Shown here in pieces: positions 10,451 through 23,630 of a stretch of 64,000 nt of DNA. A program made the position numbers and the translations under genes. The notes below the pieces were generated by a model. That model was given only the letters and a program-made list of their open reading frames with translations. It made no database searches and was not told where the DNA came from. Positions within the stretch are counted from its first letter, which is position 1; every line of letters starts with the position of its first letter. The stretch comes from Octopus sinensis (lineage: Eukaryota): positions 22,444,001 through 22,508,000 of the forward strand of contig NC_043001.1 of assembly GCF_006345805.1 (NCBI RefSeq), written 5' to 3'.

Positions 10451-11049
10451 GGAGACACAGGATGAGGTGGTGGAGTGTGACCTTCGAATGTTGGGCCTCA
10501 TGGAGGCAATGATGAAAGACAGACCTGAAGATCTGCTGTGATGGAGAAAACCCAGCAAGGAAAGTGTAAAAACTTTTATAGATGAAGGCCGTTCTGTGCA
10601 CCACATCATCATCATTAACATGTTTTCCATGCTGTTATGGGTTGGACAGTTTGACTGGAGCTGGCCGAGCTCCATGCCTGATTTGTCATGGTTTCTATGG
10701 CTGAATGCCTTACTAACACCAACCACTTTAGAAAGTGTACTGGGTGCTTTTACGAAGCACCAGCATGGATGCATTTACATGGCACCAGAATGGGTGCTTT
10801 TTACATGCTACAAGATCAGGAATGCTCAGCTGGAGAAGGATACTGGGACAACTTTGATTTTATTTAGCTTGACGTGTCTTCTCAAGCACAGCAAACTCTA
10901 AGAGGTCTTGGACCCCTGTGAGGCACACCACATTTAGAGTGAACACAAGTTGTAATCTGTGTATGCAAATGGCCAACATTTTATCTGCTAAGGAAGCTCT
11001 AGGGGTTTTGACACCATGACTGCAACACCAGAGTTGCCCACAGCCAGTA

Positions 11050-11245
11050 GTGGAGGTGCAATGGCCCAGTGGTTAGGGCAGCGGACTTGTGGTCGTAAGA
11101 ACGTGGTTTCAATTCCCAGATTGGTCATTGTGAGTGTTTATAGAGCAAAAACACCTAAGCTCCACAAGGCTCTGGCAGGGGTGGGTGGTGAACCTCGCTG
11201 TACTCTTTCACCACAACTTTCTCTCTTTCTTCCTACTTCTACCAC
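11050..11245 (+). mobile_element. tRNA-headed SINE family S2, 5' part
   Basis: GGAGG(T/C)GCAATGGCCCAGTGGTTAGGGCAGCGGAC head shared with 28551, 49289 and 63361. Confidence 0.8.
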
Positions 11246-11730
11246 AAAGCAGAGGAACTATGGTGTGGTAAACTTTCAGACCCTAGTCTAGATTGCAAAT
11301 CCTCTGTACACAAGGATTGTTCAGCTCTCCACCCATTAAAAGCCACCGTTTACGGAATGAGGGTAACAACGTAGCTTTCAGGCCCGTACAACTGCCAATC
11401 TATCACTTGTGGTGGGTTGATCTTCAGGTTGCCACATGCATTCTTAGTAGCTTAGAGCAGGCTCAAATTAGAGATTATTCTTTGTGGCTAATGGCGTGAG
11501 TCCTGATTGGAAGAAAAGAACAGCAGCACAAACTTTGTTGAGTCAGATGCTGGGATTCTGGGCCAGTTGTTTGTCACCCTCAATTGAGAAATAAAGCTTG
11601 TTTGTACAATGGGCTTAGAGGCACTACATAATGGCTGTTGTAAGATTTAAGAATACGATTCCACAATACCTTGAAGCAAATGTGTTTGTTTCTCAAGTTT
11701 TATTTATCCATAACTGTTTCTCATTATATA

Positions 11731-12104
11731 CTCTTTTACTTGTTTCAGTCATTTGACTGTGGCCATGCTGGAGCACCACCTTTAGTTGACCAAATCGACC
11801 CCAGGACTTATTCTTTGTAAACCTGGTACTTATTCTATTGGTTTCTTTTGCCAAACCGCTAAGTTACGGGGACGTAAACACACCAGCATCGGTTGTCAAG
11901 CGACATTGGGGGACAAACACAGACACACAAACATATATATATATATATACACGATGGGCTTCATTCAGTTTCCGTCTACCAAATTCACTCACAAGGCTTG
12001 GTCGGCCTGAGGTTATAGTAGAAGACACTTGCCCAAAGTGGGACTGAACCCAGAACCATGTGTTTGGTAGGCAAGCTACTTACCACACAGCCACTCCTAC
12101 GCCT
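11731..12104 (-). mobile_element. SINE family S1
   Basis: GTGGCTGTGTGGTAAGTAGCTTGC head, internal microsatellite, GACTGAAACAAGTAAAAGAG tail. Other copies at about 15494-16032, 18764-18960, 30790-31154, 31540-31903, 36545-36712, 46346-46487, 54730-54950, 56330-56636 and 63905-64000. Confidence 0.85.
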
Positions 12105-14016
12105 ATATATATTTATTTTCTGTTAAAATGACATCTAAGTGGTTTTCCTTCCATGTTACTATTGGGTTGAAAAACTATAAAACGGAGGTAAGTATTCCAT
12201 AGGTTTGCAGGTTATCATGGGAGCAAAATAAAGGAAAGCAAGAAGGATTAAGAAATAGGAATGAAATAACAAAAAAGACATTTTATAAAAGATTATGATC
12301 TAGTATCATATATTTTTTTTATTTGAAGATATAAAAAATAGGTCAAAAATATTAGCAGTTAAAATAAAGTTAACAGAAAAATAAATAATGCCTGTTATTT
12401 ATTTATTTCTTTTTCCGTGGTAATTTAATTACACTGATTTAAATTTTGTGTTAAAATGAAAAAGGAATATTATGACATGAAGATGGAAATGTTAAATAAA
12501 TAACTGTGCAAAGAAACTTTTGAGAATTTTTTTTTCTTTCTTATGATCAAAGAATTTCAAAGAGAGAGAGAGAGCATCTTTGAAAATGTATGATGACAAC
12601 TAATGATAACTTGTTAAATGTGTAATACAGTACGAATACAATATGATTAAATATAAATTACATGGTTTTTTTGGGTTTTTTTTTACATATAAACAAATAT
12701 AAAGGTGTGGAGAATGTATCTGTGTAGCTCAAATGGAAAGGCGCTTATGGAAAACCAATTTAAATAATGTGATTTCCGAAGGTTCAACAAAGCTCTTTTT
12801 TTGTTTCAGATTGTAATTACTAATTAATTTACAGGAATATTCCACAAACTCTTAAATGGTAATACTATAAATATTTTTCTTCAATGAAACAGTTGTGGTA
12901 GGAAGGAAAAATGATGTATAAACTACTTAATCCATTTCAGAAAAAAAAAAAAAAGGTTATAGCTATATAGACATATAAAGGTATATGAAGATATATAAAA
13001 CTATAATATTGCAAGATTTTTTTAACCCTTTGCCTCTTATGTATCGTGATATACAGGACATTTCCTTGGTGTCCATGCATCATATATATGATACACATTC
13101 CTAATCTTCTTTCAACCACCAGAGCAACTTGGGACTTATGAAAGCTTTATATTACTGAGAAACCTACAAAACAACTACTAAAACCTACTACCTAAAAATC
13201 TTAAAACAAGCATCGATATTTAGTAAAAATTTATGAAAATACTTTAGTCATGCAAAGGGTTAACTTAAATTTCATTGGTTTAAAAATACAAAGTTTTATC
13301 ATTTTTCTATACTTATTATTGAATGCTATGAAATTAGATGGCAGGGGAAAAAACACAGAGGGAGCAGTTTTTTTTTTTTTTTTAAATTGAAAATTCTGTT
13401 GATAGAAGGCAAGGAGGCATACATTCACTCATTAATCATTCTGTAAAGACATAACTTGGTTTGAAGTTGATAATTATAATAAAGCATTTCACACAGGAGA
13501 ATGAATATCTGAAGGAAATTAAATAAATGTCAATAAATAAATGTATAAATATTGATGATAGTGATGATGACGATAATGACAACAACATAGCTAAGATGAG
13601 GAGGAAAAGAGTATATATATATATATATATAGGACATATATAAAGAATTTAAGGAAAGTCCACATTTAATTTTATACACAATTTGCTTGTAGAATCTCTC
13701 TATAAACATATTTAATTGTTTACAGTCTGGTAAATGTCTACATTGTATCATTTTTTTTTCAAGATATGATATGAATTCGAAAGGTTTTAAAATGCTACAT
13801 GATCTGGTTAATTAAGATATATCTAACAAACATTGTTTTTTTTTTTATATATATTATTACAGAGAAATTATTGAAGCTGCCATTAATTCTTGACTGTTAA
13901 GATGTTCTTTATTAAAAAATATGTAATTCTTAAACAGCCAATGTATAATAAAAAAGAATGTTACCTAGAAGAAGAAGAAAAACATAAAAAAATATAAAAA
14001 ATATATGTATTATATC

Positions 14017-14124
14017 TTAATTATATTTGGTGTCAGTGAGTGTAGATCCATTGGTAGAAAGGAAGTTGACAGATGCAAGATGAGTGTCACCTATGTCCAA
14101 CATACCACAAACCGGTGAATCATC
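14017..14124 (-). CDS. NFYA: NF-YA probable last coding exon
   Basis: ctttctttttctag acceptor, DDSPVCGMLDIGDTHLASVNFLSTNGSTLTDTKYN*, phase 0. Followed by about 1.9 kb of AT-rich putative 3'UTR with several AATAAA (e.g. about 12112). Confidence 0.75.
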   Translation of the reverse strand, partial: DDSPVCGMLDIGDTHLASVNFLSTNGSTLTDTKYN

Positions 14125-15045
14125 CTAGAAAAAGAAAGATTACAATTGCAATGATTTGAAATTCAGTATACACACATATATATATGTATAAACGCATAGG
14201 TGTATATGTGTACATATACATGCATATATATCATCATCATTTAACGTCCGCCTTCCATATTATTTGCAATACAGAACAATAATTTGTAGTCAAATAAATG
14301 GGTGTGTTTCTTTTTCCCTCCAAATTCTTGCTAAAATATGATCCTATCACAGTCAAGAAATAAAACAATTCTCTATGTCTTCTAGTGAGATATTCTTCAT
14401 CTACCATACTGACATTTACAAATCTTATATTTTACCCCCAACAATTTGAATTGAATATTATCTTTAATCAGTTTATCCAGTTGTTCTTATTCCACAATTC
14501 TCTTTTCTTGAACCCTAGCACTCATAGTGTTAGTTACCCAGTTTCCATGATGAATGAGTGACTGAGATTACAACATTCCCTCTGAATGGGATGAGGGTTC
14601 ATTGCAGGTTTGAAGGCCAGCAATTTTAAGGGGAGGGGGTCAAGTTAATTATATTAACTTCAGTACTCAACTGGTACTTTATTTTACCAACCACAAAGGA
14701 ATGAAGAGCAAAGTTGACCTCTGGATTTGAACTCAGAAGGTGGAAGAAATGCCATTGGGCACATTTTCTAAATGTGCCAATGATTTTGTCAGCTAGCTGC
14801 CTTATTCCACAATCTAGAAAGATTTAAAAAGTGGTGGATTTCTTCTCAGACTACAACAAAATATTTAGAAATCTTCCAGCAAGCACTTTAATAATTATAT
14901 ACATGTTTCCTCCTATCTGATACAAGTGTATACTAGAAGACATTTCTTCTAAATTCGTCAGTCAAATATGAATTCTGCTTTCACTAGTAGCTTCCCAAAA
15001 AGAAATAAAAAAACGATATTTTAGAATAATAAAAAATCTACTCAC

Positions 15046-15168
15046 CTCTTCATGTTTAGGTGAAAATTTAAACTCAGAAGGCCCGTCTTTCTTAATTGAA
15101 TAAAAACGACCACCATCGCCTCGTATCCGATTCATAGCATGTCGATGCCTCGATTCATGCAGGTATTT
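15046..15168 (-). CDS. NFYA: NF-YA coding exon 6 (CCAAT-binding helix)
   Basis: KYLHESRHRHAMNRIRGDGGRFYSIKKDGPSEFKFSPKHEE with AG and GTGAG boundaries. Confidence 0.97.
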
Positions 15169-16736
15169 CTGACACAAAGATGATGACAAATATATAAAAT
15201 GTCTCAATGTTTAGTTATAAACTATATCATTAAATTTGAATACTGAAATGAATTAAATGTGGCAGGTGGCGGAAAGGGAATAAATTTAACAATGGGTTAC
15301 TACTGAGATTATAAAAATGGAAATTTATTGAAAATATTCATTTATATGCATTAACCCACAAGAACAGAATAATAATAATAACCCAGAATCACTCATCATA
15401 TACAAAGAGCAACCAGACCAGAAAATGATGAGATTTTAGTAGCATTATGGTTTAATGTAGATGAAGATGAGGATGACAAGTTGAAAAAAAAAAGAGTAGG
15501 AGTGGCTTTGTGGTAAGTAGCTTGCTTACAAAACACATGGTTCCAGGTTCAGTCCCACTGCTTGGCACCTTGGGCAAGTGTCTTCTACTATAGCCTCGGG
15601 CCGACCAAAGCCTTGAGTGGATTTGGTAGATGGAAACTGAAAGAAGCCCGTTGTGTATATGTGTGTGTATATATATATGTGTGTGTGTGTATATGTTTGT
15701 GTGTCTGTGTTTGTCCCCCCAACATCGCTTGACAACCGATGTTTGTAAGTATACATACATACATACATACATACAGCCATGCACATACCCCGAAATCCGT
15801 CGAAACTACACCTGATTATATATACACTTTAGATGAGTTGTAGTGCACCTGAGCACTGTACACAATTATTATTATTATTATTATTTTACGTCCCAGTAAC
15901 TTAGCAGTTCGGCAGTAGAGTCCGATAGAAAAAGTACTAGGCTTCCAAAGAATAAGTCCTGGGGTTGATTTGGTTTTGACTAAAGGCAGTGCTCCAGCAT
16001 GGCCACAGTCAAATGACTGAAACAAGTAAAAGCGTATTGTCAACATTGTTTGTATTAATGCTAAATGGTTATATAATAGTTGTGAAATGTATCCTTGTAA
16101 TGAGATGTGTGTGAAATATAAAGGATAGTTAACTAGTGTGAAGAAGGCATGTGGCTAAGTGGATAGGGCATTTGGCTCATGATTGTAAGATCAGGAGTTC
16201 AATACTTGGCAGTGCATTGCATCCGTGAGCAAGACACTTTATTTCACATTGCACCAATCAACTCAGCTGGCAAAAGCGAGTTGTACCTGTATTTCAAAGG
16301 TTCAGCCTTGTCACATTCTGTGTCATGCTGAATTTCCCTGAGAAGTACATTAAGGGTGTGTGTGTCTGAGGAGTTGTCAGCCACTAGCACATTAATTTCA
16401 CAAGCAGGGTGTTCCATTAATCAGATCCACTGGAACCTTCATTGTCATAACCGACAGTGCTAGTTAACTGGCAGAGAGAGAATTGAGAAATATCTTATAA
16501 ATGTAAGCCAAATGGCATATAACCTTACGCTACAAATAAGAATGTTTCTCAAGAAAATTACCGAATTACAATCCGGAATTTTTATAAGCTTACAAAATCT
16601 TTCTTGAAGGTTCCTTATACATTTATGTGTGAAACCAAAACAGTTTCTTTATTATTTGTTGACACCTATCAAAACTAATATGCAATATGACAAGTATTTC
16701 TACAAAGATATCTAACCGATACTCTTATTTACTTAC

Positions 16737-16946
16737 TTTTCTTTCTTTTCTCAATTTTCCTTCAGCTTCAAGTTTTGCTCGAGCCTGTCGCCGTTTTAGT
16801 ATTCGATGATATTGTTTAGCATTAACATACAACGGTTCTTCCTCCATAAGATCTGAACCTGGAATCGGTATTCTTTGAATGGTTGTTGCACTGGAGATAG
16901 ATCCACTGTTAGAGTTTGTAGAGTTAGAACTTTCAGCAGGTACCAT
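16737..16946 (-). CDS. NFYA: NF-YA coding exon 5 (HAP2 subunit-association helix)
   Basis: MVPAESS...[36 protein letters not shown] with AG and GTAAGT boundaries. Confidence 0.97.
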
Positions 16947-17072
16947 CTATAACAACAGAAAATAGACATTAAAAATACAAAAAGAAAATAATAATAACAG
17001 TAATATTAATAGTAAGACTAATTGAATAGTTAAAGCCAAGTTAAATGCAAATTTTAGATTTCAAGGTATTAA

Positions 17073-17293
17073 CCCTTTTGTAATTGTATTTATTTTGAGA
17101 TGTTCTGTGTTTCTTTCAATTACTTTAAATTTAAACAAAGAATTTAGAAAAATAACTTAGTTATCATTCAGCTTGTGTTAGGAACATAAATTGTGACTAA
17201 GGTTTGGTGGAAGATATTAATTCAAAACTTATGAAAACAAGATATTTGTACTCAGAGCCAGAGCCAGTTTCAGCTGGGTTGGTAACGAAAGGT
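17073..17293. mobile_element. TTAA-flanked piggyBac-type MITE
   Basis: TTAA|CCCTTTTG ... AAAGGT|TTAA; an inverted copy lies at 22524-22746. Confidence 0.8.
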
Positions 17294-18030
17294 TTAAGCA
17301 GAAGAAAGATAAATTCCTCCCTGGAAATGATGCCAGTGTCTTGCAGAAGATTTAGACTTAATCCCCCAAACTAAATTGACTAATGACTGCACAATTTGGC
17401 ACAAGGTCAGCAATATTAGAGGAGGGGGTTAGTTGATTATATCAGCCCTAGTATTTGACTGGTACTTATTTTATCAACCTTGAATGTGGACCCCAGTTGA
17501 GAACCACTGGACTAAACCATTTAAGGTGGTGCTCTAGCATGGCTACAGTCCAATGACTGAAATAAGCAAAAGATAACAAAAGATTTTCATAGAATATGCA
17601 CTTTAATGTTGGATGCACTTCTTTGCACTAACCTGCATATTGTAAAATGGGATTTTGTAGTTAATTTGAGTTGAATAGGGACAACATACTGGCTTTTAGG
17701 GGACTTGGACTCATGATACAAAATATTGATTAGTTCAGCTGTACATTTTTGGCAATTAAAACCAATGATATCGCATAAATATCCTGCAAGAAACTAGGAA
17801 TTTAAAATATCTACCTGTTTTATGTTCAAACTGGCCTCCCATACCAACCCTACAATATCACTCTAAAAATTAACGGTTATCTCATCAAAATCTTGTAGCT
17901 ACAAGATAAATGCATGATTAATTCGAAACAATGTGAATAAGTAAGTAGTATTTTTGATAGAATAATGTGAATGTTTCGTTTTTGTATTTGGTTTGCAAGA
18001 TACTTTATATGAGTTCGTGTGTTGAAGCAT

Positions 18031-18257
18031 ATTCTGTTGTGTCTGGGGAGAGTCATTTTCTTTTTGTGCCTTATAATGTAACACACTCACCGGTAAAATT
18101 TCCACTTTTTTCTTATTTTTAGTGGACAATCAAAATTTCCACTTTTTTCTTATTTTTATAGGACAATAAAAATAAGAAAAAAGTGGAAATTTTACCAGTG
18201 AGTGTGTTATATTATAAGGCACAAAAAGAAAATGATTCTCCCCAGACAGAACAGAAT
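18031..18257. repeat. 91-bp-arm inverted repeat in NF-YA intron 4
   Basis: 18031-18121 versus reverse complement of 18167-18257: 4 mismatches. Confidence 0.9.
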
Positions 18258-18395
18258 GTGAATGTTAAAAGGTTAAACAACATATTATGATGGCTGATTC
18301 AACAAAGAATATCGATACATTTCAATAAATAAGTACAGTTAGAATCTTCATAGAAAAGAATTACAAAATTCATTAAAGAATAGAATATATTTTAC

Positions 18396-18670
18396 CATAA
18401 CTATGTTATTTACATTAGGAACGGTAGATAATGAAGAAATATCTGGAGATGAGCAGTCTGGTGGCATGGGTGATGTTATAGGTGGAGAATGATTATTATT
18501 ACTATTATTATTATTATTATTAGTACTATTGACAACTGAGTCTGACGTCATGGAAGATGCAATAGCTGTTGCCAGTTGACCAACTGTCTGTAATGATGTC
18601 ACGGGTTGAACAGCAGTTGGAGCTGGACTGGTACAGGCCAAGTTTAATCCATTATTTAACTGGACAATAC
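18396..18670 (-). CDS. NFYA: NF-YA coding exon 4 (S/T-rich, poly-Asn)
   Basis: ttttcag acceptor, phase 1, GIVQLNNGLNLACTSPAP...PNVNNIVM, then GT donor; 275 nt. Confidence 0.85.
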
Positions 18671-19499
18671 CTGAAAATATTGTAAGAAAGTACATACTTA
18701 GATTAACAATTTCAAATAGGCATTAAAGAGTAAAGTATTATTCTGTCATTGTACGCAAGCATGGCTGTGTGGTTAAGAAGTCTGCTTCCCAATCATTTGG
18801 CCTCAGGTTCAGTCCAACTGCATGGCTCCTTGGCAAGTGTTTTTACAATAGCCCAAGGGTGACCAAAGCCTTGTGAGTGGATTAAGCAGATAGAAACTGA
18901 AAGAAGTCTATCATACACACACACACAGATATATATATATATATATAACGGGAATATATATATACACAAAAACATGCACACAACTTTATTAATCAAAAAA
19001 GTGGAAGCTAAAGCCTTTGCCAAAAAGTTTAATATAGAGAGAACTGAATGTCTAGCTAAGAGGGAAACCTTTTATTTCCCTGACTTTTACAATAGACCAA
19101 AATGCTGACTAATTAATCCAACTAAGATAAATTTGGGTTTAGCAAGCAAAAAATTATTTTAAGGGATGAGGTCGTTGCCAGTGCCGCTGGACTGGCTCCT
19201 GTGCAGGTTGCACGTAAAAAAAGCACGATTTGAGCGTGGTCGTTGCCAGTACTGTCTGACTGGCCCTTATGCCGGTGGCACGTAAAAGCACCCACTACAC
19301 TCTTGGAGTGGTTGGCGTTAGGAAGGGCATCCAGATATAGAAACTCTGCCAGATCAAGATTGGAGCCGGTGCAGCCATCTGGTTCACCAGTCCTCAGTCA
19401 AATTGTCCAACCTATGCTAGCATGGAAAGCGGATGTTAAACGATGATGATGATAATGATTAATAATAATAAAATTAAGGAATCTTCCAGCCTGTTACTA

Positions 19500-20790
19500 T
19501 GGACCAATAGTTTTTCAGTGATATCTTGGCTCAAATCCATCCACAATAAAAGTAAAGCAAAATTCAGTTTGATATTGTGGGTTTCTACTCATCAATAACC
19601 AAATCCCTGCTGCATGATGCATTGGAATTTGCACATTAAACAATCCTGTTTCAAAATTCCTCAACCGCAGCAATGGTATATACTATATTGGCTGAGTCAC
19701 AAGATTGTGATGGCCATGTTATGGACTCCTTCAGAAAACAATTGATTTCAACTGTTAATTTTCCTGGACTTAGAATTTCTATTGTCACTAACCTAACATG
19801 GGATGACTTTTTAGATATTTCTTTAGACCTCAGTTCTAATTCCTATAAACCCTTCCACAAACCCAATAAAAATCTAAAATATATTACTAAAGACTCTTGC
19901 TACCCATCTACAATATTTAGGAACTTAATTCCTAATATTAGCCATAGAGTCACATGGCTTTCTTCATCTAGAGAAATATTTGAAAAGGCATCCTCATATT
20001 ATAACGACGATTTACAGGATAACAGCTTCAATGATAAAATCTATAACCCTCCACCTCCTCAACCACCTAGTCATAAGAATAGGTCCTGCAATATTTTATG
20101 GTTTGCCCTAAGACGGTGAGCTGGCAGAAACGTTAGCAAACCAGGTAAAACGCTTAGCAGTATTTCATCTGTCTTTACATTCTGAGTTCAAATTCCACCA
20201 AGGTCAACTTTGCCTCTCATCCTTTCGGGGTTGTAAATTAAGTACTACTTGCGTACTGGCATTGATCTTATCAACTGGTTCCCTCCCCTAAAATTTTGGG
20301 CCTTGTGTCTAGAATAGAAAAGAATATTTTATGGTTTGCCCTAACCTTCTCCCTAAATATTAGAACAATATAGGTAGACAATTCTTATTATATAATTACA
20401 TTTTCCCAGCAACCATAGGTATAGAAAGATATTTAATGGGCTCACAATAAAAATCACATATTCATACCCCACCTTATTTAAAGGCCTACATCAATAAACA
20501 ACTGATAACTCAGACCTGTCCTGCGATAAATTTAAATCTCCTCTAGGGCAAGCATATGATATATCCTCCATTGTTTATGATGCACAGATATCAGCAAACT
20601 ATGACAACAGACAAACAGAGACCAAACATATCAGATCCATGGAAGGCAAATTTAAATCCAGATACAACAATCATCTTTCAACCTTTAGACATTCCAAGAA
20701 AAGACATGAAACAACCCTCTTGGCATTAATTGTGAGACTTAAGGACAAGCACATCAACTACCAAAAAGACGTTCCATATGCTTGCTTGAA
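19500..20790 (+). mobile_element. Penelope-like element remnant (RT C-terminus + GIY-YIG region)
   Basis: SYKPFHKPNKNLKYITKDSCYPSTIFRNLIPNISHRV..LSSSREIFEKA..YYNDDL, and downstream EGKFKSRYNNH..TFRHSKKRHETTL; degenerate. Confidence 0.8.
20112..20322 (+). mobile_element. SINE family S3 with 22-bp TSD inside the Penelope-like element
   Basis: AATATTTTATGGTTTGCCCTAA at 20090-20111 and 20323-20344. Other family copies at about 29160-29345, 30480-30690, 33800-34006, 34925-35335, 36141-36352, 40495-40740, 42668-42843 and 53050-53430. Confidence 0.9.
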
Positions 20791-21066
20791 AAACTATACT
20801 TTTTAGAAGACTTAAGGATCTCTAGTGACAGTATAAATACTAAGAGAAAGATTTTTTTTCTTCGTGTCTGCATTTTACAAAATACATCTTAGTAGGTATT
20901 GGACACATCATAATGTATTCCAATGTTGATTTATGTAATTTTTGATATTCATAAAACACTGACTATACTTTCCTATACAGTTAATTATCTCCCCTTGATT
21001 CTTCGCTGTTTTTTTTTCTTTAGTTATATATCAAGCACAGTTGCTAAACTGTCTTGTTGTTTTCAC

Positions 21067-21123
21067 CAGCTTGATGACTGGCAAAATGAATTTATATTTC
21101 AGCCAAGAACCCCTGGGTAGCTG
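21067..21123 (+). ncRNA. Degenerate type I hammerhead ribozyme-like motif
   Basis: CAGC-tTGATGA-(c)TGGC..GCCA(a)-GAAc-CCC t GGG-TA-GCTG. Two core mismatches; about 300 nt 3' of the Penelope remnant. Confidence 0.4.
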
Positions 21124-21256
21124 CATTTTACAAGGCTTTTTGTGGGCTTTAAGCCACATGGTTCCAGAGCAAACTTCTTAACCACACATCCATGCCTGTG
21201 TGTGTGGATATAATATGGAAAATAAAACAAGAGTATGAATTATAATAGAAACTCAC

Positions 21257-21413
21257 CTGGACTCTGCTGTTGTTGGGTTTGTAAACGTTTTATCAAATCA
21301 TTAACAAAGGGCTGGCAAAGGATGAGTTGACCATCTTGAGTCTGAATGAGCTGGCCACCAGGAAGTTGTCCAGTAGGGATGAATGATTGATTAGGAGCAG
21401 GTTGAATCACAAA
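21257..21413 (-). CDS. NFYA: NF-YA coding exon 3 (absent from ORF track)
   Basis: Manual translation FVIQPAPNQSFIPTGQLPGGQLIQTQDGQLILCQPFVNDLIKRLQTQQQQSP+G. AG acceptor and GTGAGT donor; its phase-1 end matches the next exon. Resembles the NF-YA GQLIQTQDGQ-type activation region. Confidence 0.85.
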
Positions 21414-22523
21414 CTAAAAGAAATGAAAACAAAGTCCGAAAACTGTCAGCATATGCATAAACAATTCGTATTACACAAACTCTCCATACATACAATCCAC
21501 AAACTATCTATTTACACTGAGAGCAATTATTTCTTGAATAAATGTAAATGATAAATCAGCCTTTGAGTGATAGAATATACACTGATACAAGGTTCAGTTT
21601 CCATATGCTCAGACAACTGTAAGATGCAGGATTTCAAGAGAAGTTAAAGAAGGTCAAACATTATTCTTTATTTGGCACTCAGGCCACTAACACATAGGGG
21701 ACACTACAAGGACAGACACAGCACCACAGTGGGGACAAAAAACACAAAACGAATGAGTATGAATATTATATAATAATGAAAGACGAATGGCTGCATGGGC
21801 CCCACTCTTCATGCAGTACCATTTGAACGTTTGTATACACAGTCATTATCTGTTGTTTTTTTCTTAATTATCATTTTCTTCAAAACAAAACAAAAAAAAC
21901 AAAAAGAGCCAAACAAGCATCGGAAGTGTTGAACTAGGCAAGGATTTCAAATACAATAACAATTATAAGTAATTAAAGGAATCAGTATAAAATTGTCAGT
22001 AATAATAAAACTCAGTGCACATACACACAAGCACACGCATGCATGCACACAACATACGCATGCATGCATGCATGCACATAATGGTCTACAGGAGGCTATA
22101 AGTAATAATGGGATCTGGACAATTTCCAAAATGATTCTTATGTATTAGAATTTGCAGCCTTTTCCAGATGAATAAATGCTTCTCATTATGTTATACTACA
22201 TATTTGTTAGAATTGTGTGATATGACAATTATATTGAGGGTGATCGGTTTAGAGTAAATAAAAAATTCCTATTTTGTTAAATTATTTACTTTATAACACT
22301 GCAAAGAATTAGGTGCCAAATTCTGAAAGGATGAAAGCTTAAACCAAATCTAGAAATATCAAGGCAGCATGCTAATTAATTATGTTCCCATATTATGCCT
22401 AAAGTTGAAGGACTCACGCAGAAAGTCCTCTGTCATAAAATGATGTTCAACTACAAAATTACTGAATTTAATCATCATGATCATCATCATCATTTCACAA
22501 TCATCATGATCATCATCATTTAA

Positions 22524-22746
22524 CCCTTTTGATACCAACCCGGCTGAAACCGCCTCTGGCTTTGTAGTACAAATGTCTTGTTTTCAAAAGTTCTGAATTA
22601 AAATCTTCCAGCAAACCTTTAGTCACAATTTATGTTCCTAACACTAGTTTAATGATAACTAAGTTATTTTACTAAATTCTTTGTTATATTTAAAATTAAT
22701 TGAAAGAAACACAGAGCATCTCAAAAGAAATATAGTAACAAAAGGT
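22524..22746. mobile_element. TTAA-flanked piggyBac-type MITE
   Basis: Reverse-orientation relative of 17073-17293. Confidence 0.8.
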
Positions 22747-23309
22747 TTAATGTCCACTTTTCCATGCTTACATAGGTTAGATGACATTTGCTGAGGCAGA
22801 TTTTCTACAGCTGAATGCTCTTCCAGTTGCCGACCCTCAACTGTTTCCAAGCAAGGGAATATTTTCCCATGGCTAGACATGTTTTTCATAAAAGATTGGA
22901 GATGAACATCACTTATATGAAAATGATGCTTGTTTGCAAACATCATGTAATGTCAAAACAAGGACACACACACACATGACAAACTTCTTTGGCCCTAACT
23001 ATTTAATAGAAAGAGTTGAATTAATAATTGCTGCTGTGTTTACCTGCTGTGGTTGTAATGATTGGTTGGGAAACTGTTGGCCAGTGGAAAACATATCAAT
23101 CTGTAAGAAAATAAAACAAACAGTTAAAGAATATTCAGAAAATGATCCCTAAACCACTCTTTGTTTCCATGTAATAAATTCTGTTTGAAAGTGATCTAAA
23201 ATCTCCCTTCAAAATTTCATGTTAATTTATGTTCTAAACACCAGCTTAATAACACCAAAGTTATTTTAGTAAATTATTATTATTTTCAAAATTTATTGAA
23301 ACAAAGTCA

Positions 23310-23630
23310 GTGCGTCGTCGTTTAACGTCTGCTTTCCATGCAAGCATGGGTTGGATGGTTCGACCAGGGTCTAGGAAGCCAAGAGGCTGCACCAGGCTCC
23401 AGTCTGATCTGGCAGTGTTTCTGCAGCTGGATGCCCTTCCTAATGCCAACCACTCCGTGAGTGTAGTGGGTGCTTTTTACGTGCCAGGCGAAGCTGGCAA
23501 TGGCCACGATTGGTTGGTGGGTTGTTTATAACGTGCCACTGGCATGGAGGCCAGTCAAGGCGGCGCTGGCAACGGCCACGTTTGGATGGTTCTTTTACGT
23601 GCCACTGGCACTGGTATCACAACTACAATT
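23310..23630. repeat. RTE-tail-associated non-autonomous repeat
   Basis: TTTAACGTC..TTTCCATGC..GCTGGATGCCCTTCCTAATGCCAACCACTCC block. Also at about 6900-7035, 10600-10900, 19224-19460, 26540-26750, 32455-32700 and 36720-36960. Confidence 0.75.
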
